Origin: Felis catus
Taxonomy: Eukaryota
Assembly (NCBI RefSeq): GCF_018350175.1
Contig: NC_058368.1
Location: forward strand, 228,968,001-229,032,000
DNA length: 64,000 bases
Direction of reading: 5' to 3'
In this document: in pieces, positions 37,546 through 51,035 of the stretch
Numbering within the stretch: the stretch's first letter is position 1
How the letters are laid out: the number at the start of each line of letters is the position of its first letter
Made by a program: the position numbers and the translations under genes
The notes under the pieces: model-generated
The model's input: the letters and a program-made list of their open reading frames with translations, nothing else
Databases searched by the model: none
What the model was told of the DNA's origin: nothing

Positions 37546-37959
37546 ATGTGTTGTAGTAGCAGTGTTCCGAATTTACATTACCTTATTGTAAGGAGGCTGG
37601 GAGCTAGCGACTTGAATTCTCCTTATGCCAAGTGCTTGAACTTCAGAGATGCTGAAATAAATATCACACCATCATTCAGCCCAGAGAGCATGCAGTTTAG
37701 GATGGAGAACTATGGCTAATGGAATTTGTGAGCCAAGAAATCAGAGGGCTATGCACCAAAAACTAGAAGGCTCAGGAAGATACTCTGGAGGAATGAAATT
37801 GTGGAAGGGAAGACATCTGGTCAGTGTAAATGACTGCAGAGAGGAATTTGGACAAGTAAAGTTAGCAAAGCTATTTCAGGTAGAAAAACAAATAGGTGGG
37901 GCACAGAAAGCAAGAGTCTACCTGGTATGTGTAGGCGTCCTGGATTTTACGCTGTAGAA

Positions 37960-38139
37960 TAACAGTTTTCAAATGTGAAAGTTTATCAGAATCACAGCTT
38001 GTCAAACAAAGGTTCTGGGGCCCATATTTAGAGTTTCTGATTTGGTAATTTTGTGATGAAGCTTGAGATTTTCATTTCAAACAATTTGCCAGTTAATTCT
38101 GATCTTGCTGTTCTGTGGACTTCACTCTGAAAATCATTG
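37960..38139. mobile_element. MER5A DNA transposon relic
   Basis: cagttttcaaa...atcagaatcac...gagtttctgatt...attctgatcttgctg...cactctgaaaatcattg, with decayed terminal inverted repeats. Confidence 0.75.
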
Positions 38140-38679
38140 TTGTTCAATTTTTTTTTAATTTCATTTAGTTCATTTGATGGTTCTTTAAAATATGGACGTG
38201 AAGCAGAAATGGCAGAGAGGGTGGCGAACTCAATCATATTTGTTAAAAAGAGATGGGAAAAGAGTATGAGCAGTATCAGTAGATACGGAAGTGATAAGAT
38301 GAATTGGGAAATAGAGGATGTAAAAGAAAGAAATTTTAGTTGATTGGAAACAATGATGAGAGAGAAATCCAGGATAATTGCAAAGCTTCTGAAATTTACA
38401 TGTGGATGATTGTGCCACATTCTGAAAACATTGAATAAAGACAGAAGAATAAATTTCAGAGAGAAGATGATGAGTTCAGACATACATGTATTGATATAGC
38501 TAGGGGTGAAGATATTCCTGATACATACATTCTGCAGAAAGTTGGATACTGAAATTTAAAGTTCCAGAACATTATGGGAGAGAATTGTACATCTGCGAGT
38601 GATCAGAGAGGATTGTAGTTAATGATGACCAAAAAGAAGTGGGAGGTGGGAGGGGAGAAGGGAGGGGGAGTGAAGGAAC

Positions 38680-38727
38680 GTTCTGTGTGTCTCTCTCTCT
38701 TAAAAATAAATAAACATTTAAAAAAAC
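38680..38727 (+). mobile_element. Can-SINE 3' tail only
   Basis: ctgtgtgtctctctctcttaaaaataaataaacatttaaaaaaa. Confidence 0.75.
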
Positions 38728-40257
38728 AGAGTTACAATAGAGGGAACATTGAGGGAGACAGAGAAGGTTGGAAAAGGGATGAATGCCACAGAACTCAAGT
38801 GAGTGAAAAACTCCAAAATGGAGTGAGTAGTTTCCAAATGTAGCAATATGATGGTCATTGGCTAAATGATTAGAACAATTTCTGAGGAAGTAAGGGACAG
38901 AAATCAGGATTTGGAATAAGAAAGGAGAAAGTGTGCATTGAAACTACTAATAAGGGCTATAACTCTTAATGAAAGCAGAAAACAGAACAAAGATATCCTC
39001 CAAAAAATTTGAATGATTCTGCAAAATATTAGGTGTTTTTTGTATCTTTTAAAAGTATAAATGCTTGCTATGGTCACTGTTCAAAGCCCTGTCTTTGCAG
39101 GAGCATACTGAGGATCAAGTTCAACATTCTGCACTTGGTATTGCATACACTTCTCTCCTTCGGGTGAATTTGCATGCAAAATACTTGAAACAATCAGTCT
39201 TCTGAGAAACTTGACTACATATGTTGTAAAAGCCAAACACCGGGCTAATTTCAAAACAGTCTGCAATAGATTATTCTTAAATTCCATCCAATTAAGTTAG
39301 AACAAAAGTGGTTTTCTTTTTGCTCTGAGATTCTTTTGAAGTTAGGCTATGAGAGTTTGGATAATGTTCTTTACATATTTACTCTACCTCCCAGAAGCTG
39401 ATACATCAAGATGGCTTTGATTATTTTAAAAGTAAAAAAAATAGATAGATAGATAATTTCCTACATTTGATTATGGCAATTTGCTTATCCTACTTTAGCT
39501 TACTTAAAACCAAAATTGCAAAGGGTGACAGGGAGATCCAAAAGAAGTAGGTCTAGATTATAATCATTTAATTCTATCCACTTTTGTGTGTACATTTTCA
39601 GGTGTTCTATTGAAGCAGAATTAGGTATTTGCACAACTTGGTTTCTTTGTGATACTTTGTACTTACTTTTATTGTTGCCAAAATCCTCAAGATGCCAAAG
39701 CCTTCACCAATTTCTAAGGGTCCAATCTACACTTATGTTTTACTGCCACCAGGTGTTACAGATGCAGGTGTTTTGCTAACTCTAATTACTCTAGAGACAT
39801 TGGGTTTTGTTTGGCCCAGGTGCATAAAGATTATATAATTTAGGAACCAAGCTTCTAAACCCTACATGATCTATGTAGAATTCAATAAGCAAAGTAAGAG
39901 ATATACAAATTACCCAAGCTATCAAATCTTAACATAGGATGAGCATGCCTATTTAATAAGTTATTTTCTAATTAAATGACATTTTACTAGTTTATGGTTC
40001 TTAAATATTAACATGTGCAATAGATCCTTATTTGCCAGTGGAAAAGTATTGTGAAGACAGTGCAGCAAGTAATAAATAACTGTTCAATAAAATGTAAATA
40101 TATTTCTAATTTATATGTAATGAGTCTGCATCGTGTTAAATTTAAGGTGCTTCTATTTAAAGTTTCTTTTATGTTCTACTTGAAAAGAACAACTATGTGG
40201 CAAAATGATGTGCTGATATTATATTTTAAATAAGCCAATATTGGTCATTAAAAAAAA

Positions 40258-40463
40258 TTTCCAATGTTTATTTATTTTTGAGAGAGAAATATAGAGCGCA
40301 GGCAGGGGAAGAACAGAGAGAGAGGGAGATACAGAATCCGAAGCAGGCTCCAGGCTCCGAGCTGTCAGCACAGAGCCTGACGTGGGGCTCGAACTCACAG
40401 ACCGCCAGATCATGACCTGAGCCAAAGTCGGATGCTTAACCAACTGAGCCGCCCAGGCGCCCC
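40258..40463 (-). mobile_element. Can-SINE
   Basis: TSD tggtcattaaaaaaaattt on both sides. Confidence 0.96.
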
Positions 40464-41319
40464 TGGTCATTAAAAAAAATTTTTTTTCCCCTAAGGAATG
40501 CCTGAAATACGAAACCTGTTGACTGGATGTGGTTGTATTCTAATAGAATGCAATAGACCCTTTATTCTTGGCTAAGCAATTCTCATGGTAGTGAGAGTCT
40601 CAAAAGACTATTTTAGTGATGCAGAGATTATTTTAGTGATAAAAGTAGTCGATTTTAAGGGAACATATCTTGTACAAACTCATGGAAATTTCAGTAGAGG
40701 CAATACTAAGAAAAATAAAACAAAGTGCATAATATACTTAGTGGAACAATGAAGAAATAAAAGCAACTATTGACTCATTATTCATTAGACTGATTAAACT
40801 TTTATTATTTCCTTGTACTTCCAGCCCTGTTCTACCCAATATCTCCTTGCAGATACTTTCAACACCATTTCTTGCGGGGAACACTAGGGATATAAAGTCA
40901 AAAATAGATCTCATTTTTCTTTTCATGATGTTTTTATGATGTTTGCAGTTGAGTGAGGAAAGATAGAATAGTAAATGCATAATCATCAATCAATATGCTG
41001 GGCTCTCTGTTAGGGATAATCATGGAAAGAGAGGCTTAGCACAACAGATTAAAAAGACCATGTGATCTGTTAAATCCCCAGGACTGAAAAAGCTCTCTGA
41101 ACACAATGCTACCTTCTACTCTATTCTAACATTCTGTCAGAGGGTGATAAAAAAGGGCCGAAGAGAAGAATGTGGGCTTACTAGGTCCTTCTTGAGTGAC
41201 AGAGAAACAAGGCTTTGTCTTGTTTGGATGGTCTCCATGGAGTCTGAGCAACTTCTAAGACTGAAGACTTAGGTTGGTGTCTGGAATATATTCATACAAT
41301 GTTTGAAGAGAACTGATCC

Positions 41320-41432
41320 CTTCAGACCAACTCATTCATTTCACAGAGGAGAAAATGGATCTACATCAAAGAAGGGAGATAGGACTCAAACACTGATGTT
41401 TTCATTTCAAACACATTGCCTTTTCCCACTTC
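41320..41432 (-). mobile_element. MIR-family fragment
   Basis: ttcatttcacagaggagaaaatgga ... ggactcaaac ... ttttcccact. Confidence 0.5.
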
Positions 41433-41502
41433 ATTATCTTCTAAACCCTAAACTTCTGATTATCTCAAGGAGAAAATAATTCCAATTTTACAAAGTATTT
41501 AG

Positions 41503-41728
41503 TTTTATTTATTTATGTTTAATTTTTTAATGTTTATTTATTTTTGAGAGAGAGACAGAGTGCAAGTCGGGAAGGGGCAGAGAGAGAGGGAGACACAGAA
41601 TCCGAAGCAGGCTCCAGGCTCTGAGCTGTCAGCACAGAGCCCAACAAGGGGTTTGAACTCACTAATCCTGAGATCATGACCTGAGCCGGAAGTCAGATGC
41701 TTGAGTGACTGAGCCACCCAGTTACCCC
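41503..41728 (-). mobile_element. Can-SINE
   Basis: Full body; degenerate TSD caaagtatttag / caaggtgttttag. Confidence 0.95.
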
Positions 41729-43722
41729 TACAAGGTGTTTTAGATTCTTCCATTAGTCACAACAAAGGGAAAACATCTCTCATTTCTTTTCATCCTAAGG
41801 AAATATAAGAATTACATACAGCACTCTAAGTGATCATACGAGCAACATTGTAACAGAAGTTCTATGAGGAGGATTTTTTTTCTGTAATATTCACTTCAAA
41901 CCCCTTTTTGTAGATGGTATAACATGAAATGAAACAAAATTTTTATATGCCACCACTACTTACATTAGAAGATTACCATATTCAAAATGGGGCAAGTATT
42001 GAGAATCTGCACTATGCTGTTTACGTGGTTTGCATCAACTTTTTTATACCTCAGATGTGAATTTTCCTTCTTTGCCTATTACTTTGTCAAATGTCCTAAG
42101 AACAGGACCTACTCGATATGCCTATTCTTGTAGTCATAGAAACATGTTACATTATTCATTTTGTTGTCTTAACACTTTTTTCCCTTTTCTCCAAATAACA
42201 AAAAGACAAGTAAATAAGTGTGTTCATTTTTCATAAACACAGACTTCTTTTTATATTTTTTCTGGCATAGGCTTCTTGTAAATGCTGTTTAGAAAAACGT
42301 AAATGTGGATGGAATAAATTTATTGTTATTAAAATTACTGAAAGCAACATAATTTTTTAAAAAATGATTTTTTTCAGATATGTTAGTATATCCCCCCTTG
42401 AGGCTTTCTATAAAATAAGAATAAATACTAAAGCTAGGATGCAGGGCCAGGAAACTATTCAGAGATCAATTTCAGTATGTTTATTTAATTTCACTCACAG
42501 CCGGGGGATGGGGGGTGGCTTTGTATGATGGGCACCTGTGATCTGGGTGAAATCATGGCTGCCTGTTCAATGACTGAAATCTCATTGAACACATAAATAT
42601 CCTAACAGCAAATATAAATGTTATACAGAGCCTGGGTAATTATGAATGATGAGCTGTACAGAGATGGGAGTGAAGACTTGATTTAAGTGTTCTAAGGAGC
42701 CTCTGACGATAATCAGTCCTGATGATTCTTTAAGATAGAAGCAAATGGCATTTTAAATACATAAGAATAGAAACCTACCACGTGACAATTTCCAAAGGAT
42801 ATGGTCATCCTATTTTATATAGCAGAAGAGGAATCATATCAAGATTCTAAGTAGTCTGTTCTAATTGCTCACCAGATAAATTCCTATTTAGTGTATATAT
42901 CCTAACCCATGTGCTTACATTTTCCAGGGTCAATGAATGCATACTGGGGCGTAAATCTTGAAGCCAATTGCTGTTGCCAAATCCCTATTGGATTAAATGA
43001 TTTCCTAGGGCTGGAGTACATTCTCTATGTTAGAAATTTGATTTTCCTAAGCCAGAATGTAATGCTAAAGGGATTTATAAACAGCTGTTGGCCCTTTGTT
43101 TGTGTAACTAGAACACAAGAAGGTATCTAAATATTGAATAACTTTCTTCCCTTTGTGGAATTTGGAGTTTTGTTGACTGAGATAGATAAACTTTGCTTCT
43201 AGCCAGAATCCTTAAAGGTTAAGTGAGGCCTATATCCTACCCATGTTTTTTTAATGAACTACCGAAGAAAATTAATATATATTCAATATAGAGTTTACAG
43301 AGTTCCCTTTTAAGTAAAAGTATCTGTATTCCAGCAACTACTGATTAAGTTACTATGTTCAAAGTGCTATACTATGTGCTGGAGTGATACAAAGATAATT
43401 ACAACACAACATGTGTCCTAAATTAAAACCATAATGTCACATTAACCTAGAATATTAATATCTTACATCGTTTCAGAAACAGAGACACCAGCTATTAGCT
43501 TTGTTTTGCCAGGTGATTATAGAAGACATCGTATTTATATCAAGAGGCTTTCTGTTATTTCTCTTAATTTAATTATTTCACAATATGCTTTGAACATTTA
43601 CTATGAACAAGACACTGAAAGACTCTAGTCATAGAAAGGCATTTTAATACATTGTGTCTTATGTAGGGAATTTGTACTCTTTTAAGGGATTTAAGGAGAT
43701 CTTAAAAATTAAATCCCCTGAA

Positions 43723-43960
43723 GGGGCACCTGGGTGACTCAGTTGGTTGGACATCCAACTTCACCTCAGGTCATGATCTCACAGTTCATGGGTTTGAGCC
43801 CCTTACTGGGCTCTGGGCTGACAGCTCGGAGCCTGGAACCTGCTTCAGATTCTGTGTCTCCCTCTCTTTCTGCCTGTCCCCTGCTTGTGCTCTCTCTCTC
43901 TCTCTCTCTTTCCCTGTGTCTCAAAAACAAATAAACTAACATCTTTAAAAAATTAAAAAC
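43723..43960 (+). mobile_element. Can-SINE
   Basis: Full body; TSD aattaaatcccctgaa / aattaaatcttctgga. Confidence 0.95.
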
Positions 43961-45387
43961 AATTAAATCTTCTGGAAAAAATCTTGGTCCACAAAAATAT
44001 TAGGTCTTATGTTGTGATTTGTTGTGACTTAAAGAACCAATTGCATCATATTCTTTTCCCACATAGATTTTAAACCAGTTGAAAAGTAGAGTACATAAAT
44101 AAGATATTGGATAAAATACTATCCTTATTACCAATACATTTGACTAGAAAGTTTTGTGGGGATCAGAAATTAAAATGTACTTCCCACACATTTTCCACCC
44201 GAATTGAACTTGGCTTCAGCAGTTCGTGCCTTAGTTATCTAACACAAAGCTGCTTCGATCATCAAATATGAAAGTGTGGGTAGCATGAGAAAGGTGGGCA
44301 GAAATACGTAAGAGTTTAGTGATAAGCAATGAGTTTGTAAGGGAAAGATGATCCAAATCCTCTGTGTTGGGATGTGTGCTCTTGAGAGGCTTGGCTTCTT
44401 GCCACTAGAGCAGCTAAGGTTCATTAAAGATTTTCAATTAGAGGAAAATAAAGATTAATTTTTTTATTTGAGAAAGTCCTTTGTGAGGTGTTGAATATTA
44501 GTGAAAGCTAGAATAGAGAAAAATCAAGAAAGATGGCCGCAGTCATTTTGTGACAATATTAAGTCTATTTCAGTTTTAGATTATTATTTTGATTCATAGA
44601 TATTTTCCCAGTGATTTTATGTCTGATACTTGTTAAAAATAAGTTAAAATAAACTCTGAATGTCAATATCTCACCGTGATCGTTGGTATAGATTTTATGC
44701 TCCATCATTCCAGTAATCACATAAAATGAAAAGGGAGGACATTTATAAGTAAAGAAAGAATATACAATAATTTTAACAATCTCATGTTCTAAACTTGGCA
44801 ATGAACTCTAATTATGCCACAGGAAATAAAAGCACTTTAATTTTGAATGCTAATGAAAACTTCAACATTATATATCAATATTGACAAGAAAAATTAATCA
44901 AAGGTGAATGTTTTGAAAATACTAATGTGTTTTAAACTTAAAACATAGTACTTTAATTTTTTAAATTTAAGCAGAGAAGAATCAAGAATAAGGTGATAAT
45001 AGGCCAGTATATTAAACATACAAAAAAATGTCTCCTTAGATGCAAAATCAGAAATGAGCCATGTGATTATGTTTATTGATCCAAAGATAAATTAGGTTAC
45101 AGTTAAAAATAATACCTTGTAGTTTCCGAGCAAGTTCATTAACCTAGATACAGCAGAGACAAAAACATTCTTAAAAGATCTGTATTTTCTTTGGGGAACT
45201 AACCTAAGGGAGTTTGGTGCATGCAAAGACTATGGGAAAAGAGAGTGAAATATAAATTAGGATGTAGAACGTATCACAGAAGAGCAGTGTGTTCATGCCA
45301 TATCTGATATATGACTAACCAACCCTATGAGCCCACTGATGTTGAATTTCACACAACATGCCTTGTGGTGTTTGGTAAATGTTTGGA

Positions 45388-45462
45388 GATATATATACAT
45401 ATATGCATATATACATCTATACATCTATATATACATATACATATACATATATACACATATAT
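45388..45462. repeat. (TA)n/(TACATA)n low-complexity repeat
   Basis: Directly visible. Confidence 0.9.
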
Positions 45463-46339
45463 AATTTGAGGCAACTTTCTAGGTGAAGTGATAGTTTGCT
45501 CAGTGAAAACTAAATGCTATTTTTTGCTACAGGATTTAATAAGATGATCTACTTGCACTGATATTGAGTGCAAATAGATCCACAATTATAAAGTCATGTT
45601 GTCAAAGGGCACTGTTCCATCTCACTTAATAATTCCAAACCAAATCATAGTCAGAAAATTTAAGTTGAGGCTCAATACACCAGTCAAGGAAAGCAACCTA
45701 GCTGTGACCCTCTGGCCCACTGCAACCAAATCCTGGGTGCACCCAGGGTGACTCTGAACTATCTTAAGAGGTTAATGTCCTATCTTCTTTTTTCTTGATT
45801 TAGTTGCTAATTTTCATACTAAGGTAATTGCCATTCAAGAAATTCAAAATAGCCCTCAGGTTGTACCTCAATCTAACCTGAATTTAGCTATTTTTCCCAT
45901 CTAAGTCTACTATTGGAAATCCCCAGCTTGATAATATACTCATATTTTAACTTTTTCATCACTCAGTCTTTTTTGCATTCTATACTTGTATTGCATTACT
46001 AGACATTAAAATTTTTACCCTAATTAAAAAATCAACTCATCCCGAAAAAGTTACATAAGAATCCTTGGCAAACAGGGAGCTTCCTCTTCACAGATTGTTT
46101 TCATGTATTTATTTCTGTTTATTTTATCATATTCCGTAGAAATGTGGTCCCCATATGCATGAGCCACCGATCGTGGAGCTGTTGAGGATAAGTAGGAAAA
46201 GTGAGAATGGGAGAATATAGTTAAAAAGTAGACAGAAAATGTGGCAAGGGAGAGTAGAGACTTTGCAAGAAAGACATGAGAAACACAAAAGCAAAATAAG
46301 GGAGGTTAGACTCAGGATTGAGTTGCCCCCTGTAGATAG

Positions 46340-47605
46340 CTGTGAAGGATAAACAATGCACTGGCAATCCCAGTAGAGATACTTAAGATTTTGGAACAAA
46401 AACATAACTACTTATGCAGTTAATTATTCATATTTGGGGGGGGGGAACAAAACCGAAGACATTTTCTATCCTGCCATATATATCTGAAGCATTACCGTGT
46501 AAAACCATGAGACCTGAGCTTGCCATTATTTTGAGGGGTGTTAATTTGACCAACCGTGTTATCAAGTTCATTGATCACAGAAAAATTTCATCCATAAATG
46601 AAATTGGAATGTATGACACAGGACTTGAGAAGGTTCTCAATGCAAAAGTAAGTAGAAAGAGCAGCAAATTAGACTCCCATGACATTGAGCGCTGGTGTAT
46701 AGACACCTCTCTCTTGACCCTCCCTCATGGCCTTGAGAGCTCTCTCTGTCAGTGCATTGAAGAATTAGAAGAAAAACTGTGGTTTACCAATGATGCACAC
46801 ATACACAAATATCACCCCAAATTGGGAGTCTACCAGAGCCGGCTCCACACCGGTGTTTCCCTGAAGGACAGTGAGAAAGGGAAATAACCCCAACAAGCAT
46901 GATATGAGTGGAACATCTGATAGTATACTTTCTTTGCCTTACAAGGAAGATGGCAACTATCTGGCAGTCACTAGACATTTGGCTGAATAATCTGTGATCT
47001 AGAAAGTACAACATAAGAACATTGGCAGCACAGAAGCTTAGGAATAAAGTTTGTAGATGAACCCCTCAGAATAAGTGAGGGTAAAAGGGTATTTTTGTCC
47101 TGTGTCAATCTCATTAAGGCCTTTGTTTCAGTGAGCCCTTTCCATAATCAGGAGTTCAAGAAGACCTATTCTAGGGATTTAAGGCAGCTTAGTACCACAT
47201 ACCACAGTCTTTTCTGTGCTCGCCTGATGACCACATGAGAGAGGTGGCCATAAGGAGAGATACAAAGGTAATTCAGGATCTCAGCAATATCTGATCTCTC
47301 CAGTCATTGCAGAGATGGACACTGAGCCCCTCACAGGGCGTAATCATGACTAAGAGAACTAGCAGCCTCCTGGTGGAAGATTAATTACACTGGACCGCAA
47401 GGGCAGCGATTTATTGGTAAGCATTGTTCCTCTGCATATGGATTTATCCTTCTTCCTTTCAGCGATTTTGCCAACCCTCCTCTCCATGAACTAAAATAAT
47501 GTTTTATTCATTTCCATGTTTTTCCATGCCAAGAACTTAGGTTACAGAAAGAAAAGTGTAACATTGGTTCATTTGTTCATTCTTTATCTCCATACATTAG
47601 AGACA
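46340..47605 (+). mobile_element. pol: ERV-L (class III endogenous retrovirus) pol relic: connection, RNase H and integrase, with stops and frameshifts
   Basis: Collinear motifs TMRPELAI (cf. TMRPELPI), EEKLWFTND (cf. AWFTDG), SLKDSEKGK (cf. SLKDSGEGK), and WWKINYTGP-QGQRF at 47371 (cf. WWQVDYIGP..KGQRF), followed by SAYGF. Confidence 0.88.
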
Positions 47606-49714
47606 TTTTAGGCTGAGTACTATGACCATTTATGTTCTCTCTCCTTGATTTTGACCTTGGCCATAAAGAGAAGAATGTGATTATGAGATTAACAAGATAA
47701 GTCTAAGTCTGTCTCTGTCTACATCATTCAATTTCTAAGTTCTATGGAATTTACAGCTGTTCACTTGGACTGTCTTTAGGGAGAGTCTAGCTGGTTAAAA
47801 TCTGGTATCAGAAAAGATAAAAGATAAAATCAGTTTTAACTGCCATTTTCTGGCTAATAAACCAAGTAACCATTATAGATTGTGGTTCATAAAATATTGT
47901 TAGAAAGCCAAAAATAAAATTCAGGAGAAGACAGTAATACAAATTCCTAAATTTGAGTTAAGATGAGTAAGCAAGTATGTAAATCAGTTATGTACTTATT
48001 TTAATTAATTTTAAATAAATTATTTTATTTAAAATAAATTATAATAGCTTTTAATCAAAGAATTTTGACTCATGTCAAAGATTACAAGGACAAAAGAAAA
48101 ATATCTTGGCTTATTAAGCCTCTGTAAGAGGAAACAGGATATATCTCCGATGATAAGACAGGTTATTCTTCTCAATTTTGGAATCCACATTTTGGTTTTT
48201 CTTTTTTTCTGCCAGAAATTCATGAAATAAAATAATAGTCATGCTCTTATACCACCATAAACATGTAACTATTTATCCAATATTTTCCCATAGCTACATC
48301 AGGTGTCAGACCCATTAGCCTCTTGAACGTCTTTTAAAAATATGACAGTTTTTTTTTTAAACAAATTGAAGGATGGGGACCCAACACCTATTAGCAGACA
48401 CACATAGGTGTTTAGTAGAATGTTTGATATCATTAGGTTTATATTATATTCTATTCATTAAACAAACTCAACAATTTCAAAGAAGTTTTTTAAACACTGG
48501 ATAATTTGGAAACAAGAATGTTTGTCATATGTTGATTTGCATGTGGACTGAATTATAAATCTAACAAATATACCCTATGTTTTGACAATTGTTTAAATCC
48601 CTTTGTGTCTTTCATCCTTTCAGTTGAGGCTCTCCACGATGTGTCCCTTGCTCATCTTTCCAGGCTTTCCTCTCTCCAGTCTTACCCCACCTCCACTCCA
48701 GCCACTAGACCACACTGCTTCTCATTCTCATGGCTTTCGTCCCAGGGACAACTTCCTGCAAAGAAGACCACTCCTCGGGACCAGCCTTGAACATCTCAAA
48801 AGTGAGGAACATCTATTCATCTTTTGAGACTCAGTCTGTTCTTCTATTAAGCCTTCTTTAAAGGTTTCCAAAGGTCTAGAGTAGGAGTGCAATGAACTAG
48901 GGTAGAGCTCTGCCAATTACGAATTGCATTATCTGAACTTCTATGATCCTCAGTGTTCTCCTATTTTTAAAAAAAAGGTACTGTGGGGAAGATGGGGTGA
49001 ATGATAGACAACAAAATATATACAACACTTATTAATATTAGGATTTTACACACCAGTATAATGTGTCTAATATACATTATACATACAGGTTTCTATTTTG
49101 CCATCTATAATGATTTGGAGATTAAAGCTATTTTATTTTTAACACTCTATGGATACCTTCTTATTTTGTAGAATAAATCATGTTTTTTCAAAAATGTCAT
49201 TTTCTGATTTGAAACATCATCTATAAATGTGTGAAATACATTAAAATATAAACCAAAAAATAAAGGTAACCCAAATAAAGCTCCAAATCAAATCACAATT
49301 AAATATTGTTATATAGCTACAGCATCTTACAGGTAATGGTGTATAGATGTGTTTCTATATACAGTTCATTCTCTTTTGTCCTTTTCTTTCTTCTTTCCTT
49401 TCTTCCTTCCTTCCCACACATATGTGTGTACATGACCTTTATCTATATTCATATCTATATCTGCCTACATATGTGTATTTTGATCCACACAGGAAGTGAT
49501 ATAAATATGTGCAGACACACACCTCTCAACATTTATTTAGTTGGATTATTCCGGCTCATAAATGAGTTTTCTTGTGCCTAAATATTTTAATTTAGCTGTT
49601 TGGCTGGAAGCGGAATGCTTATCCTGGTGACTATCTTACAGAAAATGCTTAAGAAGTTTTGTCCCATATACTATTGGTGTTATGATAACTATGATGATAA
49701 TTATTAGGATATAT

Positions 49715-50424
49715 TATCAGATTCCACAGCTTAAGGATTCTGTCCTATAAGACTGCCATCTCCCCCCATCCCTTCAACCACCAGGGGCAAGTCGAGGCTG
49801 TCACCTGTACTTCTGACCAATGGGCTATAGATTAGATGTTCCCACAACCCCCTCCTTGGTTTTGACTAATTTGCTAGAACCGCTCACAGAACTCAGGGAA
49901 ACATTTCACCTACTAAATTACCGATTTAGTATAAAAGGATATAACTCAGGAACAACCAGCTAAATAGATGTGTAGAGCAAGGTATGGGGAAAGAGGGCAC
50001 AGTTTCTCTGCCCTCGCAGAGCATCCCCCTTTCCCCTAGATTTCCACATGTTCACCAACACGGAAGCTCTCCAAACCCTGTACTTTAGGGTTTTTATGGA
50101 AGCTTCATTACATAGGCATGATAGATGAAATCATTGGTCATTGGTGATTGATTCAACCTTCTGCTCCCCCCCCCCAGGATGTCAAGGGTGGGACTGAAAA
50201 TTCCAACCCTCTAATTACTTAGCTGGTTTCTCTGGTGATGACCCCCATCCTTAGGTGATCTGGGGACAATAAAGCCACTTTATTCACCTAACAAAAGATA
50301 CCTTTATCACACTGCTTATCACTAGGGGAATTCCAAGAGTTTTAGGAGCTCTGTGCCAGAAATGGGGACAAAGACCAAATACTATATCTTTCTTCTTTGT
50401 ATTGTAATTTCACAGTATACAACA
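49715..50424 (-). mobile_element. MER21/MER34-class LTR, truncated at left
   Basis: ctaatttgctagaaccgctcacagaactcagggaaaca; ttttaggagctctgtgccagaaatggggacaaagaccaaata; ends in aca (TGT start on minus strand). Confidence 0.8.
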
Positions 50425-50429
50425 CCAAG

Positions 50430-51035
50430 TATTCCCAATGGAAGTCAAGCCACCAGAACTCATATGCTCAGCTAGTGAGGGTAAAAATTGCTATAGTCTC
50501 TTTGGAAAACTGTTAATCAATATCAACGAAAACTGAATTATTCATAATCTAGGACCCAACTATCCTCTTCCTGAAAGTCTCAAGAGAAGTGAAAATCACA
50601 TGTTCAAAAGAATCACATATAAGGATATTCATAGTGGCATTATATGAAATTGTTGCCAGGTAAAAATATCTAAAAGCCCATCAACAGTGAAATGAGTCTG
50701 GAAATTTGGGTGTGCTCACACAATGAACCCAAGAAAGCAATGAGGCTGTGCAGGTGGTAATAACACAGGGATATGGATGAATCTCACAAATTACTTTTTT
50801 AAGAAAAACAAAAGGTAAACAGAGAATATAAACGGGCAAAACTAACCTATAGACTTGGAACTCAATGTATTGTTTGCAGTTAGGCCCTGGGGAGGCCTCC
50901 TGGTCTGGGTGATGCTCTCCTGCTCCTGGTCCCACATTGTTATCAGTTGGTGAGAATTCATCAGGACAAACTCTTCAATTTATACCCTTTCATGTGCATG
51001 TACTATCATTTATTACAGAGTTAGAAAAAAAAAAG
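50430..51035 (+). mobile_element. Old L1 (L1ME-like) ORF2 end and 3' UTR
   Basis: ctctttggaaaactgtt, atattcatagtggcatt, cccatcaacagtgaaatg, atggatgaatctcacaaa, A tail. Confidence 0.7.

Larger units (their letters stand above)
37640..38950 (-). mobile_element. Long decayed L2, interrupted by MER5A and a SINE tail
   Basis: Purine-rich antisense L2-like motifs (gagagaaatccaggataattgcaaagcttctg, gagaagatgatgagttcag). Confidence 0.5.

Noticed and set aside
39090..39167. Possible exon (tgtctttgcag ... cgg|gtgaat)
   Set aside because: No recognisable peptide, weak signals and no partner exons.
46414..46887. 157-aa ORF as a host or domesticated gene
   Set aside because: A mosaic of in-frame and out-of-frame ERV-L pol. 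It lacks catalytic residues and ends at a premature stop.
48008..48035. 12-bp perfect AT-only inverted repeat
   Set aside because: Low complexity, expected by chance.
48383..48412. 9-bp inverted repeat aacacctat / ataggtgtt
   Set aside because: Lies in what looks like an L2/MIR 3' terminus, which carries a stem-loop natively.
49674..50428. ttggtgtt ... aacaccaa as transposon terminal inverted repeats
   Set aside because: The interior is an LTR-type sequence, there is no TSD, and an 8-bp match is weak.
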